DNA of 64,000 bases from Antedon mediterranea (lineage: Eukaryota; Animalia; Echinodermata): contig NC_092673.1 of the NCBI RefSeq assembly GCF_964355755.1, forward strand, positions 27,029,648 to 27,093,647, in the 5' to 3' direction. The position numbers and the translations under genes are program-made. Positions 46,901-61,128 of the stretch are shown piece after piece. How positions within the stretch are numbered: the stretch's first letter is position 1; each line of letters begins with the position of its first letter. The notes under the pieces are model-generated. The model did no database searches. It worked only from the letters and a program-made list of their open reading frames with translations, and was not told the DNA's origin.

Positions 46901-48016
46901 ACCACTGTTGCAGCAGAAGTTACAGAAGCTACTCCTATGACCACTACTGGACAGATGACCACTACTGGACAGATGACCACACAGGCGATGACTACAGATT
47001 CATCAGGTTTGTGAAACATATGATTATCTATTACTACTTACACAGTGGTTAATCGAAATGCAAACCTTTAAATAAACAATATTCCTTGATGAATTAGACG
47101 CCGATATTTGATGCGGGTTGTCATCTGGCTGTGTAATGTTTTTTTGTAAAAAGATAATTCCAATATCAAGACATTTGTTGGTGTTTAGCTAAGCAGTGTA
47201 TATAACCATTCTGTAGTACCACTTTATCCATACCCTTGTGGGATTATTTCTACCTAGCTGTTTGGAATCTTAATTGTCATATCCATTCAGATCTTGTAGT
47301 GACCAAAACAAATGTTGCTTTATTCTTTCAGAATGTGGCGGTGTCTTTTCTGAGAATGATGATACGGGTACAATCACTTCACCGAATTACAGTGAGAATT
47401 ATCCAGCAGATATAACATGTGTTTGGAATTTCACAGTTCCAGTAGGCTCCAAGATTGTCTTCACTACAATGGCATTTACTGTTGGTGATTCTGGTGATTG
47501 CGGAGCCGACTCTCTTACAGTATGTAATATCATGTGCTTTCTCTGTTTGATTGCGCGATAAAATCTCAATTTTTTTTGTTGCAAATATCTAGGCCTACAT
47601 ACTCTCTACATTTTGGGAAATATTTTGTCCAGTTTTTAAGCACTCTATTAACGTACTAAGTCTACCCTAAAATTAGATTTTTTTTCCTGAGTTTGAATTT
47701 TGTACCAATGGGTATAATACTAAGACCTATTATCCACACACTGAACATTCAGTTACTGTACTTAAAACTTAATATTTTGTCTTTTAGCATCAAAGATAAA
47801 ATCAGAATATTTAAAATTAATGCTGTTTTTATTTTTCAGTTTGATGATTACGTACAAGAGGTAATACAGTATTGTTCTTCTATTGATGACATGTTCCTTC
47901 CTTCGACGCTAGACCGAGCAGGTGAAAATGCTGACTTCTGCACGTTAACTTTTACAACCAACAGTGTCAACGAGGCCAGCGGATTCTCCTTATCGTATGA
48001 GTACACGGCTGAATAA
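7066..48016 (+). CDS. EBR1: EBR1-like (egg bindin receptor 1-like) ADAMTS-related secreted protein: SP-propeptide-M12B metalloprotease-disintegrin-like-(TSP1)x11-alternating CUB/TSP1-Thr linker-CUB; 56 exons, ~3,349 aa
   Basis: Hand-spliced GT-AG exons, all phase compatible, total 10,050 nt: 7066-7134, 10710-10764, 11031-11218, 11721-11978, 12184-12276, 12640-12728, 12997-13134, 13355-13640, 13962-14131, 15003-15203, 16387-16585, 17552-17743, 18286-18474, 19156-19335, 19706-19891, 20402-20550, 21039-21252, 22404-22558, 22841-23051, 23643-23984, 24495-24683, 24952-25099, 25420-25601, 26136-26289, 26582-26766, 27538-27732, 28357-28495, 28837-29036, 29218-29415, 29866-30007, 30283-30470, 31462-31659, 31976-32290, 32973-33164, 33607-33748, 33983-34173, 34511-34705, 34971-35121, 35625-35788, 36067-36267, 36757-36895, 38052-38224, 39136-39327, 39588-39738, 40011-40192, 40655-40840, 41750-41900, 42450-42628, 42781-42960, 43387-43531, 44122-44291, 44612-44794, 45849-46025, 46763-47006, 47332-47519, 47840-48016(TAA). 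An ADAMTS-like head followed by alternating TSP1/CUB is the known EBR1 architecture. Gene existence is near-certain; the EBR1 name is inferred from architecture only. Confidence 0.85.
7580..7765 (-). repeat. Dispersed ~60-bp satellite element, ~2 copies plus conserved flank
   Basis: Reverse complement of the same unit followed by aaaacagccagaaaga. Confidence 0.85.
10710..11978 (+). CDS. Reprolysin (M12B) pro-domain exons ending at a furin site
   Basis: Translation includes FEAFGRDLSMILH...CHHEGKL...IAIDTCHGL|TGYISVNGEQYFI...PHIVFK...RNRR^S, typical ADAM/ADAMTS propeptide motifs plus an RxRR site. Confidence 0.85.
11333..11488. mobile_element. MITE family with AGCTCTGTCTACACTATCAAAC-type TIRs (PIF/Harbinger-like)
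   Basis: tgtctacactatcaaa...tttgatagtgtagaca; further copies at about 20238-20375, 20572-20690, 28157-28300, 33783-33930, 37313-37958, 52308-52395, 55319-55440 and 62758-62930. Confidence 0.8.
12184..14131 (+). CDS. M12B metalloprotease catalytic domain plus ADAMTS disintegrin-like module exons
   Basis: YLQNFC...DISLLLT; HEIAHL|FGVRHD across intron 13135-13354; Met-turn YIMA; WSKCS; EQC; PALAGTGCG. Confidence 0.9.
15003..23790 (+). CDS. Array of 11 tandem ADAMTS-type thrombospondin type-1 repeats (about one per exon)
   Basis: Repeated CS(V/L/F)TCGxGxQTRxVxC...VDxSxC...P...C...CP translations in exons at 15003, 16387, 17552, 18286, 19156, 19706, 20402, 21039, 22404, 22841 and 23643. Confidence 0.92.
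15542..15940. mobile_element. Palindromic MITE with AGGCCCATTTACA...TGTAAATGGGCCT TIRs and TWA flanks (Harbinger-like)
   Basis: Long imperfect inverted arms; an additional partial left end at 15375-15428. Confidence 0.8.
16028..16289. repeat. Tandem repeat with 28-30 bp units shrinking to 18-bp units
   Basis: tcttttgtgaactgacagtgccaatagtga repeated about 6 times, then tcttttcagtgccaatag about 3 times. Confidence 0.95.
17009..17308 (-). mobile_element. Non-LTR retrotransposon 3' ORF2 fragment (RTE-like C-terminus)
   Basis: YAAHLIRS...TKKLFF...SKRGR resembles the GHxxR...KRxRGRP C-terminal motif of RTE-type LINEs. Confidence 0.55.
18545..18915 (-). repeat. Dispersed ~60-bp satellite element, ~5 copies plus conserved flank
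   Basis: Same unit on the minus strand; flank aaaacagccagatagaaatcgcagagct. Confidence 0.9.
20238..20375. mobile_element. MITE copy (ctacactatcaaac family)
   Basis: TIRs plus internal gtgatgtgcccatatatggacat...catatcactaccatattt. Confidence 0.8.
21390..22200. repeat. Minisatellite: 56-bp dimeric unit grading into ~29-bp monomers
   Basis: ctaatcatctaggagtgtgttcccctaccttataaactagggatgtgtttccctac about 10 times, then tttcatctaggtgtgtcttcccctac monomers. Confidence 0.95.
23790..46025 (+). CDS. Alternating CUB/TSP1 ('EBR-type') repeat region, 12 CUB domains
   Basis: CUB motifs (SPNYPNNY...C...FxxFxLE...C..DYL...FCG...F.SD......GF) are split over two exons and alternate with TSP1 exons; one CUB-CUB tandem at 25420-27732. 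Confidence 0.92.
24250..24403. mobile_element. Tc1/mariner-like MITE remnant (TACAGTAGA.CCC.TATTAAG terminus)
   Basis: Ends cttaataggggtctactgta; related pieces at about 3400-3540 and 26410-26433. Confidence 0.5.
25655..25890 (+). mobile_element. tRNA-derived repeat (SINE-like); cloverleaf at 25690-25762 with ATC anticodon; ends in (TA)n
   Basis: A box TGGTCTAATGG, B box GGTTCGAATC, stem TCTGC-ATATCAA-GCAGA, downstream TTTTT; flanks shared with copies at 38405-38650 and 38650-38790. Confidence 0.8.
26833..27087 (+). repeat. Dispersed ~60-bp satellite element, ~3 copies plus leader
   Basis: Leader agctctgcaatttctttctggctgttt followed by units. Confidence 0.9.
27178..27368. repeat. 21-bp tandem repeat (~9 copies) amplified from the MITE internal motif
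   Basis: Unit catatcactaccatatttgag, also present in 1-2 copies inside ctacactatcaaac MITEs. Confidence 0.92.
28157..28300. mobile_element. MITE copy (ctacactatcaaac family)
   Basis: agctctgtctacactatcaaac...gtttgatagtgtagacaga. Confidence 0.85.
30510..31371 (+). repeat. Dispersed ~60-bp satellite element, longest array (~13 near-identical copies) plus leader
   Basis: Leader agctctgcaatttctttctggctgttt followed by 60-61 bp units. Confidence 0.95.
32601..32885 (-). mobile_element. tRNA-head SINE with (TTA)n tail
   Basis: Reverse complement of the element at 58072-58363; B box GGTTCGAATCC. Confidence 0.85.
36943..37085 (+). mobile_element. Deu-domain-like SINE 5' fragment
   Basis: Degenerate B box gttcaaatcc followed by ccgtctttcagatgagatgttaa, resembling the Deu-domain core as recalled from DeuSINE consensus. 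Confidence 0.5.
37436..37940 (+). mobile_element. 5'-truncated CR1/L2-group LINE 3' end with (TTA)n tail, nested inside a MITE
   Basis: ORF 37488-37784 (...SVFVSFPRLWEQIPNDIKDSQTISIFKAAL...) matches the WNxLP...SLxxFK C-terminal motif; aataaa plus (tta)n tail; MITE TIRs at 37313 and 37958. Confidence 0.8.
38405..38790. mobile_element. Two tail-to-tail copies of the tRNA-derived repeat around a (TA)n tract
   Basis: + copy at 38405-38650; 5'-truncated minus copy at 38650-38790 (ccgagattcgaacctggaaccttctgc). Confidence 0.8.
44424..44540 (+). pseudogene. Decayed tandem duplicate (pseudo-exon) of exon 44612-44794, including its acceptor
   Basis: tattatactgtatttacaa...cttttatAG ctgtcaagccc...tacactgtgtgatagagatt..gcgattatgtat.aaagtga.g.tgattctgttgttg recurs at 44574-44722; this copy has a frameshift, an internal deletion and an in-frame TGA. 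Confidence 0.85.
44836..45772. repeat. Compound (CAT)n microsatellite interrupted by CTTCCCATT/CTTCCCTTT
   Basis: About 900 bp of catcatcat runs inside intron 44795-45848. Confidence 0.97.
46763..48016 (+). CDS. Last three exons: degenerate TSP1, Thr-rich linker, terminal CUB domain, stop codon
   Basis: STTVAAEVTEATPMTTTGQMTTTGQMTTQAMTT, then CGG...GTITSPNYSENYP...FTTNSVNEASGFSLSYEYTAE-TAA; no transmembrane segment seen. Confidence 0.88.
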
Positions 48017-48352
48017 ATTAAATGGAAAAAAATGTCATAGATCACGGGGCAGATACATCAAACATGCTTTAAGTCAACGATTTTGCTTTCAGTCAGTTTT
48101 TACAATATCCTGCGCAAATATTTTTACATTTAAAATGATGTATTTCTCTCGATAGGATACAAATAATTTTTTAAAGAAGGTGTTATTTGAGCACTATCTT
48201 GACTTGAGCAAAATGATTAAAAATACCAGCCTATCTGTACATATTACTATGTAATCACATTTTATAAACAAATGTTTGTACCTAATTAATATTTAATGAA
48301 TGACATTATCATATCACATTTTAAAATCATTCTTTTAAAATTAAAATTCATT

Positions 48353-48358
48353 AATAAA
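48353..48358 (+). terminator. Candidate polyadenylation signal (AATAAA) for the EBR1-like gene
   Basis: AATAAA about 340 nt after the stop codon, followed by T/GT-rich sequence; the AT-rich context weakens this call. Confidence 0.35.
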
Positions 48359-49539
48359 ATGTTTTAAATATCAGGTGTTCTATAACACCAATTAAAATTA
48401 ATTCTGTAATAATTATATGAAATAACCTATGTGTATTCTTAATTTTAATATAAGAAAAGTTGTTTTCTTGTATTTTTATTGCTTAAGTTTTCAAAAACAA
48501 TGTTCGGATTATTAGATTAGCTGTGCTGGCATATTAAGCACTAATGTAGTTATTTTGTGTCTATTATATACTAAACCGTAAATAAATAATCATCAGGTAG
48601 TCTCTATAATTGTACAGGAAAAATTATATGAGCGCCAGTTGTGTATGCCATAGCATATCCGTTAAATGCTACTATGCTCTGTAGAGGGTGGGCTACACCC
48701 GGTTATGGTTAGTAGTGGATAGAAGTGATGTTATTCTACCATAGATAGTCCATACGCAAAGTACAGAGCTTTTTCAAGGGTTCTTTTATCTCTTATATTT
48801 GTTTATTGAGGAGATCGATATTTAGATGTTTGAGGTCATACTTGTTAATGATGATATAGTAGTATTGTATGAATATGCATAAGCTATACATAACTGACAT
48901 AGATAATGATTTTCTATGTGAAAAAGATATATGCAAATATAGTTTATACTGGCACAGGTAAAATAATACACAGACATGATTTCAGGCCATTATGATGAAA
49001 TCATTTGTAGAAAATTAGGATTGGTGGAAATAGATATAGAAATAAAAATTAGGCCTCCTTATTCCTACCAAGACAGCATTCCTGTACAAAATTCACACTT
49101 ATTTAAAAGTTATTATGTATATAACCACACCAGAACCCATCGTATTTAATATTTGTACTTTTTTGAAAAATTCAACATAATAATTAATAATATTTTGTTA
49201 ATAAAAATTGTAATTGACTAAGATACAATTTTTATATGTTGTATATATTATGCTGCTATAAGTTTTTATGGGTATTTTGTTCTTGTTTTTTTATAATAAT
49301 ATCAAAAGGGTTTTGTAATTTGTAGTGTATTCTCTTTCATCTTATTTGAGTAGCTTTATTTTACTCTAAAATCGGCCGAGCAAAATATTCCAGTCATCAG
49401 TCACATAGATTCTGAACTTAAAAAGGTGAATGAAGTTCTTTTTAAAGAGATTAAAGTGTCATGACAGCAATTATGCAACATAAGTGATTTGACCAATCAC
49501 AAGCGATGGATCATTCGAACATTTGTATACTTTTCTGCG

Positions 49540-49790
49540 TTAAAGTGTAACTCCGGCTTGAAAAACAATAAAAATGATGTTACAGGACTTTCGTAATGCT
49601 ATAAGAATTTATCCAAACTTGATTCACATTTATGTAAATCTGAGACATACTACTTACATAAAAAGTAAATAAATTTGAAGGGGAGATTTTACATAAGAAA
49701 ATACAATAAATAGTTGAAAATTAGTGAAATTCATCTTATAAGATTCTAAAAAAGTCCTGTAGCATCACTTTATTTTTAAAAAAGGGTGCT
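49540..49790. mobile_element. Decayed TTAA-type DNA transposon upstream of DDAH
   Basis: ttaaagtgtaactcc start; inverted pair tgatgttacaggacttt / aaagtcctgtagcatca. Confidence 0.45.
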
Positions 49791-49859
49791 TCCGCATGAC
49801 GCTCTTGTCTTGTTTCACTAAAAAAGGAAACCTTTTTTAACGTTATATCAGTCCCTTAC

Positions 49860-50104
49860 TCAAAGTTTCTGTGTGAACTTAACGTTGGAGGCGCTATTGC
49901 AAAAACAGTGGCACAAAAAAAACCCACAAGAGGCGCGGGCAGCAGCGGCCAGGCTAAGATCCTAGCCACCAACAATCAACTTGACGACGGCCGGAGAGAA
50001 GAGAGTCGACTCAGTGTGAAGTGGCGTGAAGAAATTGACATCGTCAGGTAAAGCTCGTTGAATTTTAGACAGGTAACCCTGCTTTTTCTGTCTGATTACA
50101 TAAT
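49860..50104 (+). promoter_or_regulatory. Probable DDAH promoter/5' UTR
   Basis: Local GC/CpG-rich patch immediately upstream of the ATG, including a GGAGGCGCTA-type motif. Confidence 0.45.
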
Positions 50105-54161
<4,057 letters not shown>

Positions 54162-55318
54162 GTAAGCACCAATTAATGAATATAACTTGTGTACCATACT
54201 AACAAGGCTTCATTTACACATGGGCTTTTGTGTCTCAATGTTGTCCTGTTCAAAATCTCGTATTTTGGAGCTTGAATTGAACAGGTCGCATTATTTTATT
54301 AAATGCCAATGGGAGGATACCTCAGACTAAATATTGTATTAGAGGTCACCTAAAAAATATTATATTGTACAATAAATAATAAAGAACATTAAAATCAATA
54401 ACACTCTATTTCTAACTAAAATTGAGCTGTTTTACAATCTAGCAGTTTTTGTGGCATGATATCTAAATGACAAATCAGCGTGGCTGCAAAATAAGATTAT
54501 AATATTTGATATCACTAATTAAATCTGTACAGCACATGAAATCTATGCATGTACTCATTTCGTGAACCCATTAGAGAAATAGAATAAGTATTCATTTTTT
54601 TTCTTTTGTAGCTTATACATCACCTTTATTAATCACATACCATATTTTACATTTGTACACTTTACTACTGTATACAAGTATTTTTACGCATAAACAAATA
54701 ATGTTTTCACTTTAAAATGACAAGAATAATGGTTAAATTCAAAAACCCATTGGCTGGCAGCCAATTTTTTTTATATATTACAGTTTTTCAGGTAAATAAT
54801 TTTTGATCAAAGTGAAAAATTATTATGCTACATCAAAATGGCATCAACAAAAAAATGTTAAATTATTTTTTTCACCACAATATATCTTTAAAGTATGATA
54901 ATTTTGTAAAATTGAAAGCCTATCATGTTGTACAATAGGGTAATCCCTGCATCGTATCATAGATGATGCCATGTACAAGCAATCAATTATGCATAATATG
55001 TGATGATATTAATACCCGATTAAACATGCATAAAGGAACTGACAAACGAATGCTTCATCACCTTTGATAACAAACCGAATATACAACTCACTTTATAGCC
55101 AATTTGTTATTGTAACAAAGCTTACGGCTTAGACGGTTATTAATGCTCAATGAACTTTGTAATAACGAACCGTGTTATGTTCTCTGAAAAACCGTGTTTT
55201 ACAACCTTCTTTTATGCTTCAACTTCAAATTTTTGCTCGAATTGTTGACGTACATTTTTGTAAATATTCACATTTGTTTCTGATCCCGAAATCAGGTATT
55301 ATTTATTGTGTTAATCCT

Positions 55319-55440
55319 TGTCTACACTATCAAACTTTATGTGACGAAAAAATGTTATGATGATGATGATGTCATATCACTACCATATTTGGGCACATCA
55401 CACTTTTTTGTCAAACCAGTTTGATAGTGTAAACAGAGCT
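55319..55440. mobile_element. MITE copy (ctacactatcaaac family)
   Basis: tgtctacactatcaaac...gtttgatagtgtaaacagagct. Confidence 0.8.
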
Positions 55441-56549
55441 TTAGATACATAAAGGTATATAATTGAACCTTTAATTGTCCAGATTACAAATTTTGATACT
55501 AAAAACCAGACATTTCTGAGTGAAATTCTTTCATTCTTTAAAACAAATAATGTGAAGCTTTTGTTTTCAGACGCGCCACTCAACTACACAGCTGTCGAGA
55601 AATGAATTTTTCTTGACATATATGTAGATGAGTATCGCAATATAAAAAATAAATGTTTCTGATATTTTAAGTATATTCAGAATTTATCAATTCTGAGAAT
55701 AAAAAATAATGTCAAATCAAGTTATACATTATTTGTCATTTTGTAGAAAAATGTGGTTATCTACTGTACAAGCATATATCAAAATGCTCCTTCACACCAC
55801 TGTTGTTGAATTTTTTGTTATTCTATTGCGAGCCTACTGCAAAATGGAAAATGAATCAATAACGCTCACCTACGAATACAACCAACGTTCTCACTGGCGC
55901 TCACTTGATTCTCAAGGAATTGCTTCATCACTTTAAGATCTATTTAAGCTATCAAAATAAATTGGTAATTTGAAAGCTGGAGACAATCTCTCAATTGAAC
56001 GTAGTAAGGTTCACGTTCTGATTGTTTTTAGCTTCAACCTATGTCTCCTCATAGGTAATCAGTTAAAAGTATTTTTTTCTGCCTGGTGACAACAACAATT
56101 TGAAGGATTTTGGCAGCAGAAAATGGTACTGTATACAAACAAATGTGAATGAAAATAGTAAAAACACATGAAGCTTACTATAATTAATAATAATTTATTG
56201 GAAACTTAACTTTTACAACAGTGGCACTGGCACACTTTGATGATAAAGTTGCATCCAAATAATAATTTAAAATGAAACAAAATAAATACAAATATTTATT
56301 TTTTTTTATAGTAATTAGTAATAATTATACTATCTTTGTATTCTTCTAGCCTGGACATTCATTATTGTTCGCAGTGGTTCACTAATCAGTTATCTGTCAA
56401 TTTTTCCAGTATTATTATTTTATTTTATAATTATTTATAGTATTATATCAGGTTTTACTAGCCTAATGATTTCAGGCTACCAGTTACACTTACAGTACAA
56501 AGTAAAATATGAACAAATCATGCACATGAGTCTAGTGGTTATTTCTTAT

Positions 56550-56852
56550 TATATAACACCTATATAAATTCCTGTCATTTGATTGGACGAATGTGGGTCA
56601 CATGGCGTGCAATAGTACGCACTATTCAACGATCGTTAAATAGTACTTTTTGAAACATTTTTGTTTGTTATTTAGATGTTATATAAAACAAATAATGAAT
56701 GTTTTGTATTCGTGTAATGGTACAAATAATGGCACTTGGTGAATGATGAAAGGTTATATCAACTCGGCTTTGCCTCGTTGATATAACCTTTCATCATTCA
56801 CCTCGTGCCATTATTTGTACCATTGCACTCATAAACATTCATTATTTGTATA
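56550..56852. mobile_element. Repeat element with long terminal hairpin (CTCGGCTTTGCCTCG loop region); related copy at ~33290-33442
   Basis: About 75-bp arms at 56687-56762 and 56777-56852 are near-perfect reverse complements. Confidence 0.75.
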
Positions 56853-57249
56853 CTAGCCAACAAGGAACACTTGATGACACTTGCTAGCCCTAAGTTGACT
56901 ACATGTAGTGTAGTACTCCATTGCTGAATCAAACCTCAATCTGTACTCATCGGATTATCTAAAATACATCGTTCATTAAACTTACCAAAATAACCAGTAT
57001 TATCAGAGTCATTCTTTTAATATTACCAAACCTGTTATACTGTACTGATTTGTGTATAAATAACCCATCGCAAGGCATATGCCTTGTATACAATATGTTT
57101 TAGCAATTCAGATTATTTATTTTTTATTTATTTATTCAATTTCTGCCATAAAGAATAAGGCAAAACAAATATTATATAAAAGTCAGAGAAAGATCAAACA
57201 GGTGCTAAACACCTATGATAATTCATATTATTAATTATTCTTTATACTG

Positions 57250-57447
57250 GGTGACCTCTTCAGTCAAAGCTGTTCTCCCAGAGGACCCAGTTATGGTTCA
57301 GTCATTGTGCTACAGTAGCTGTGTGTACTGTACTTACAGGTAGTACACCGGGGTAACCCCTACTCGTCTCGAAAGATGTACTGAGTAGAGTTCTTTAAAT
57401 TAACATGAGCCAGATATGTACCTACGGATTTATAGTCCCATCCGTAC
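57250..57447 (-). mobile_element. Old Nin/Deu-like SINE fragment; related pieces at ~23245-23360, ~29545-29665, ~42050-42190, ~43110-43220
   Basis: Shared gtacacc.gggtaacccctactc...cgaaagatg...gttctttaa...acctacgg.ttatagtcc.tatccgagaagac motifs. Confidence 0.55.
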
Positions 57448-58071
57448 TTGTTTATAGTAAACAGATTCATTTGGTCCATCTCTAATCTGGTGGTTAATCT
57501 ATACTGTAGTTTGTATTTTGTATATGTAACTGCTGTATGCAGTCATATCATTGTCGTGCATTTACAGCACTATCAAGCAGTATATACACAATTATGCTAA
57601 TGTATGCTAATGTATTCATTGTTCACTGGGTCATTACCTATAAATTCAAGCACATCATTAGACACGGTAGATAATGGGTTTTATTGAGTAAATTATCAAA
57701 ACCCTATTTGTGTATTATCAATAAGAGAACATACAGTACTACAAATTCTTGATTAATAAGTTTCTATATTTATAGATTTATTAAAATAAGATTAGATTTA
57801 ATAGACATGTTTGTATTGTGACAAATATGCTATTAATTTGTTCATTATTTTATATTCTAAGCCTATGCTTTGTTTTGAAAAAAATTTTAAATAAAAAATG
57901 TATTATTCCAATAGCATTTTATTTTTAAACAGTTTAACAAATTTATAGATAAATTAAATAAACTACCAAAAAAATAAGGTTTGTATAAAATTAAATTTTG
58001 TCCTAAATGTTAGAATGTTATTATTTGTATACATTTGTGCTGTAATGTACTGAATGTAATTGTGCACATGT

Positions 58072-58363
58072 GAGGGCGTGTGGCGCAGTGTGTTGGACGT
58101 TCGACTACTACGTGAGATCGAGGTTCGAATCCAACTCTCGCTGCATTGCTTGTATCCTTTGGCAAATACTTTACTTACGTTTTCCTCTCTCCACCCAGGT
58201 GTATAAATGGGTAGATCAAGACACAACTTTGCGCTGATTACTAGCTGCATTATGGGAGTATGCTTCCATATGTGTTTGATCCAAAAAATAACTGGGGTAA
58301 TAATGTTCAGCGCATTGAGAGCTTGCTTATAATGCGCTATATAAGAATGAACTGTTATTATTA
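58072..58363 (+). mobile_element. tRNA-head SINE with CORE-like centre and L2-like tail
   Basis: gtggcgcagtg A box, ggttcgaatcc B box, cctttggcaaatacttta...ccacccaggtgtataaatgggta, tail gcgctatataaga...ttattatta. Confidence 0.85.
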
Positions 58364-60578
58364 TACCCTGTATGATACTAATTACTCAGTCAGTGCTTAC
58401 ATTATTTGAACACAATACCATTGTAACCTCCGTAGACAATGGCTAAATTACAGTTATCAATTAATTACAAGTACTGTAGTACATACAAAAATATAAAAAA
58501 CATTTCATTTACAATTCTTAAAAAATAAAAGTATAATTTATATAAAAAACATTATAATAAATATCTACAGTCAAAAAAAAATTAAAAAACCAGATCAGTT
58601 TGGAAATGCAGTGAATCACATTGCTATAATTTAAATTAGCTTTCTTATTATTATTGTTAAAATTGGTTCACATAGAACTGTACCATTAGTGTGCTTTGGT
58701 GTGTACTATCCTCAATGAAAAAATCTAGGAGTCAACAGAGCGTAATGCGTAATTATAGAGTGTGCTGTAAAGGCAAGAGCTATTAACATCTAAATCCTTT
58801 GTTCTTCATGTGAACTCTCCTTAATTATAATCGTACTACTGGATTTCTTGTCTCCGTTGTTTATCATATAGTGTGTATTTTTCAAAATGTGTATTTTACA
58901 TAATGCTATTTTTGATGAAATCTCTTTAGGGATCATTTCATAATTATTTTACTGCAGTAAATGTGTTACTGTAGTATGATAAGTTTGCTTCAAGTCCATG
59001 AGACATTCACTACAGTAAACGATTGGCCAAAATAAACTTACTAAAAAATTGCATAACATGATTATACAAAGTCAAGAATACTGCAGTAACAGTCAGTAGA
59101 ATAAATTTCCTTTAATTTAGATACATTTAAACTCACTCCACTGGTTGGTACACATAATGAATTACTGTTCATTTTATACACAAATCATGTGATTGTTTAT
59201 ATTGAATGCAAAGCATTATAGGATGCCCATTAGGCGCTGTCAGGATTTTCATAAATCTATTTATAGAAATTTGCTACGGTAGTCATATTTCTGGTAATTG
59301 TGTTCTTAGTGTGTCTGGATTAAACTCATATTAGTTTTTCGTTCTCTCTGTGGTCCAATAAATATAAAGTGGAGAATGTTAATTTTTTTTTCTACCAGAT
59401 AAAATTCATGAATATTGGTACAGCATACTGGTCCTTATTATTATTATTATTTACATCCTGATCACTATATAAATATATTTATTGTCCTAATTTTCATCTG
59501 ATGGTCATTTTCATCCTTCTTAATGGTTACCAGTATCATTCTGGTCATTTTCAGTGTCATCTGTCTTCACAAATTGTTCTCATTTTATCTGATGGTCATT
59601 TTCGATTCTTCTCAATGGTCATCATCATTGTTGTCATTCTTTTCTTCATGTTTTGTTATCTGCCTCACGATCACAAAATATCCTCATTTTTCAAGTTTTT
59701 GTTGATTGTCGTCAACTTCAAGATCTGTAGAAAATCATCAGCAAAACAGCATCATATTTTCAATATTTGATCAATATTCAATATAGTGTCTTTTTATGTA
59801 TGCAATTTTGTTCACACTATTGTACTCAGCAATATATAAGTATAGCAATACAAAAAAAGCCTGACTGAAATACATAATTTATGGGCTCATTGACAAGCAC
59901 GTTCTTAACATGCAATTAAAAATGTTTCTCAATTATTTTCATCATTAACGATTTTGTGGATGATATGTGCAATTTTAATTCAAATGCTCTGTCATTTTAT
60001 GCTGACCCACTTAGACAATAACCTGCTCAACTATGTTTGCAGGTAGCTAGTACCATCATGTAGTGTTTATATTGGATACGCTTGGCTGATCATTACTCCG
60101 ATATATTTAATGTTGTACTATCCAATATTTAAAGTAGGTGCAAACGAAGGTTTGACAAAACTATTTGGTTGATTACCAGGGTAAAAATGTTGGTTTGTTG
60201 ATGAGTGGCTTCTGATTTGCTAATGGAATTTGTATTGGTTTTGATCCTCCTTAGTCGCCAGAGGTCACAACCACAGTTTCAGAATTAATAAATTCAGAAA
60301 TAATTTATGGTATATGTTCTTTCCTGACAACATCATCCGTCTTTGGACATAAAATTAGAAAAAAATAAATTAAAAAGGAAAAATGTAAAGAAATGTTGAA
60401 AGTGAAACATATATGGAGTACAAAATTTGAAGTCACATTTATTTTGTTTATTGCCACTTTAATGAGGATAGCCTATCCAGATCCAGTAAAGGAACTGATC
60501 ATTGAAAGTCCCTCGACAAAACATAAGAATACAAACATATAAAATATAAATTATTCAGAACAAGTTAAGTATAAAATC

Positions 60579-61128
60579 TGTATTGTCCCTTTGACTAATT
60601 CCAAAAAAATAAAAAATAAAAGATTTCGAAAAAAGGTGGGTCATTTTAAAGTATCATAATAGTTATTAACTATCACCAAAAAATGTTTGAAAAAAAAAAT
60701 AATTTAACTGAAATACAGACGTTTTTTTGTTAAAAAAATAACTTTGACTTCCAGTCAAAGTTTTCAATCAAAACATATCCCATAATGAAACGCACTTGTT
60801 TGGCTACTATGTATGCATAATCATAAAACTTCCTCGTGATCTGTGTGAAAATACCTTCTTAACCGTGACGAGTTGTAAACAATCCTAATTTAGCATATGC
60901 ATAATGCGTACTCATGGTTTGAAATCTTTGTTTACTTTCGCTCGTGACGATTTTCCAGATGAAATGTAATCTAACTAATTTACCTGTTAATTACGTAAAC
61001 TTGTTGTTTTTGACTCAAATTTTCTACCCTAAAGTGGATAACTTTAATATTACTTTGATATGGCCACTTTAAATTTAGAACATTTTGACCTTCATTTTTT
61101 TGTGTTTCAAGGGACAATACATCTTTAA
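60579..61128. mobile_element. Second (inverted) copy of the TTAA-flanked DNA transposon at 711-1216
   Basis: Reverse-complement similarity over about 500 bp, e.g. actttgacttccagtcaaagttttc and ttgtttactttcgctcgtgacgattttccaga; ends in gggacaatacatctttaa. Confidence 0.8.

Noticed and set aside
23643-48016. Separate cubilin/tolloid-like or papilin gene distinct from the protease
   Set aside because: No intervening stop, start or signal peptide; no EGF, Kunitz or astacin domains; exon phases are continuous with the upstream ADAMTS-like part.
55747-55809. Phase-0 mini exon KNVVIYCTSIYQNAPSHHCC* as the DDAH end
   Set aside because: The acceptor is plausible, but there is no similarity to the DDAH C-terminus beyond a CC dipeptide.
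56850-56927. LTTCSVVL as the missing DDAH last exon
   Set aside because: The nearest AG gives the wrong phase, there is no SELxKxDG motif, the catalytic Cys position is Thr, and it abuts a repeat.
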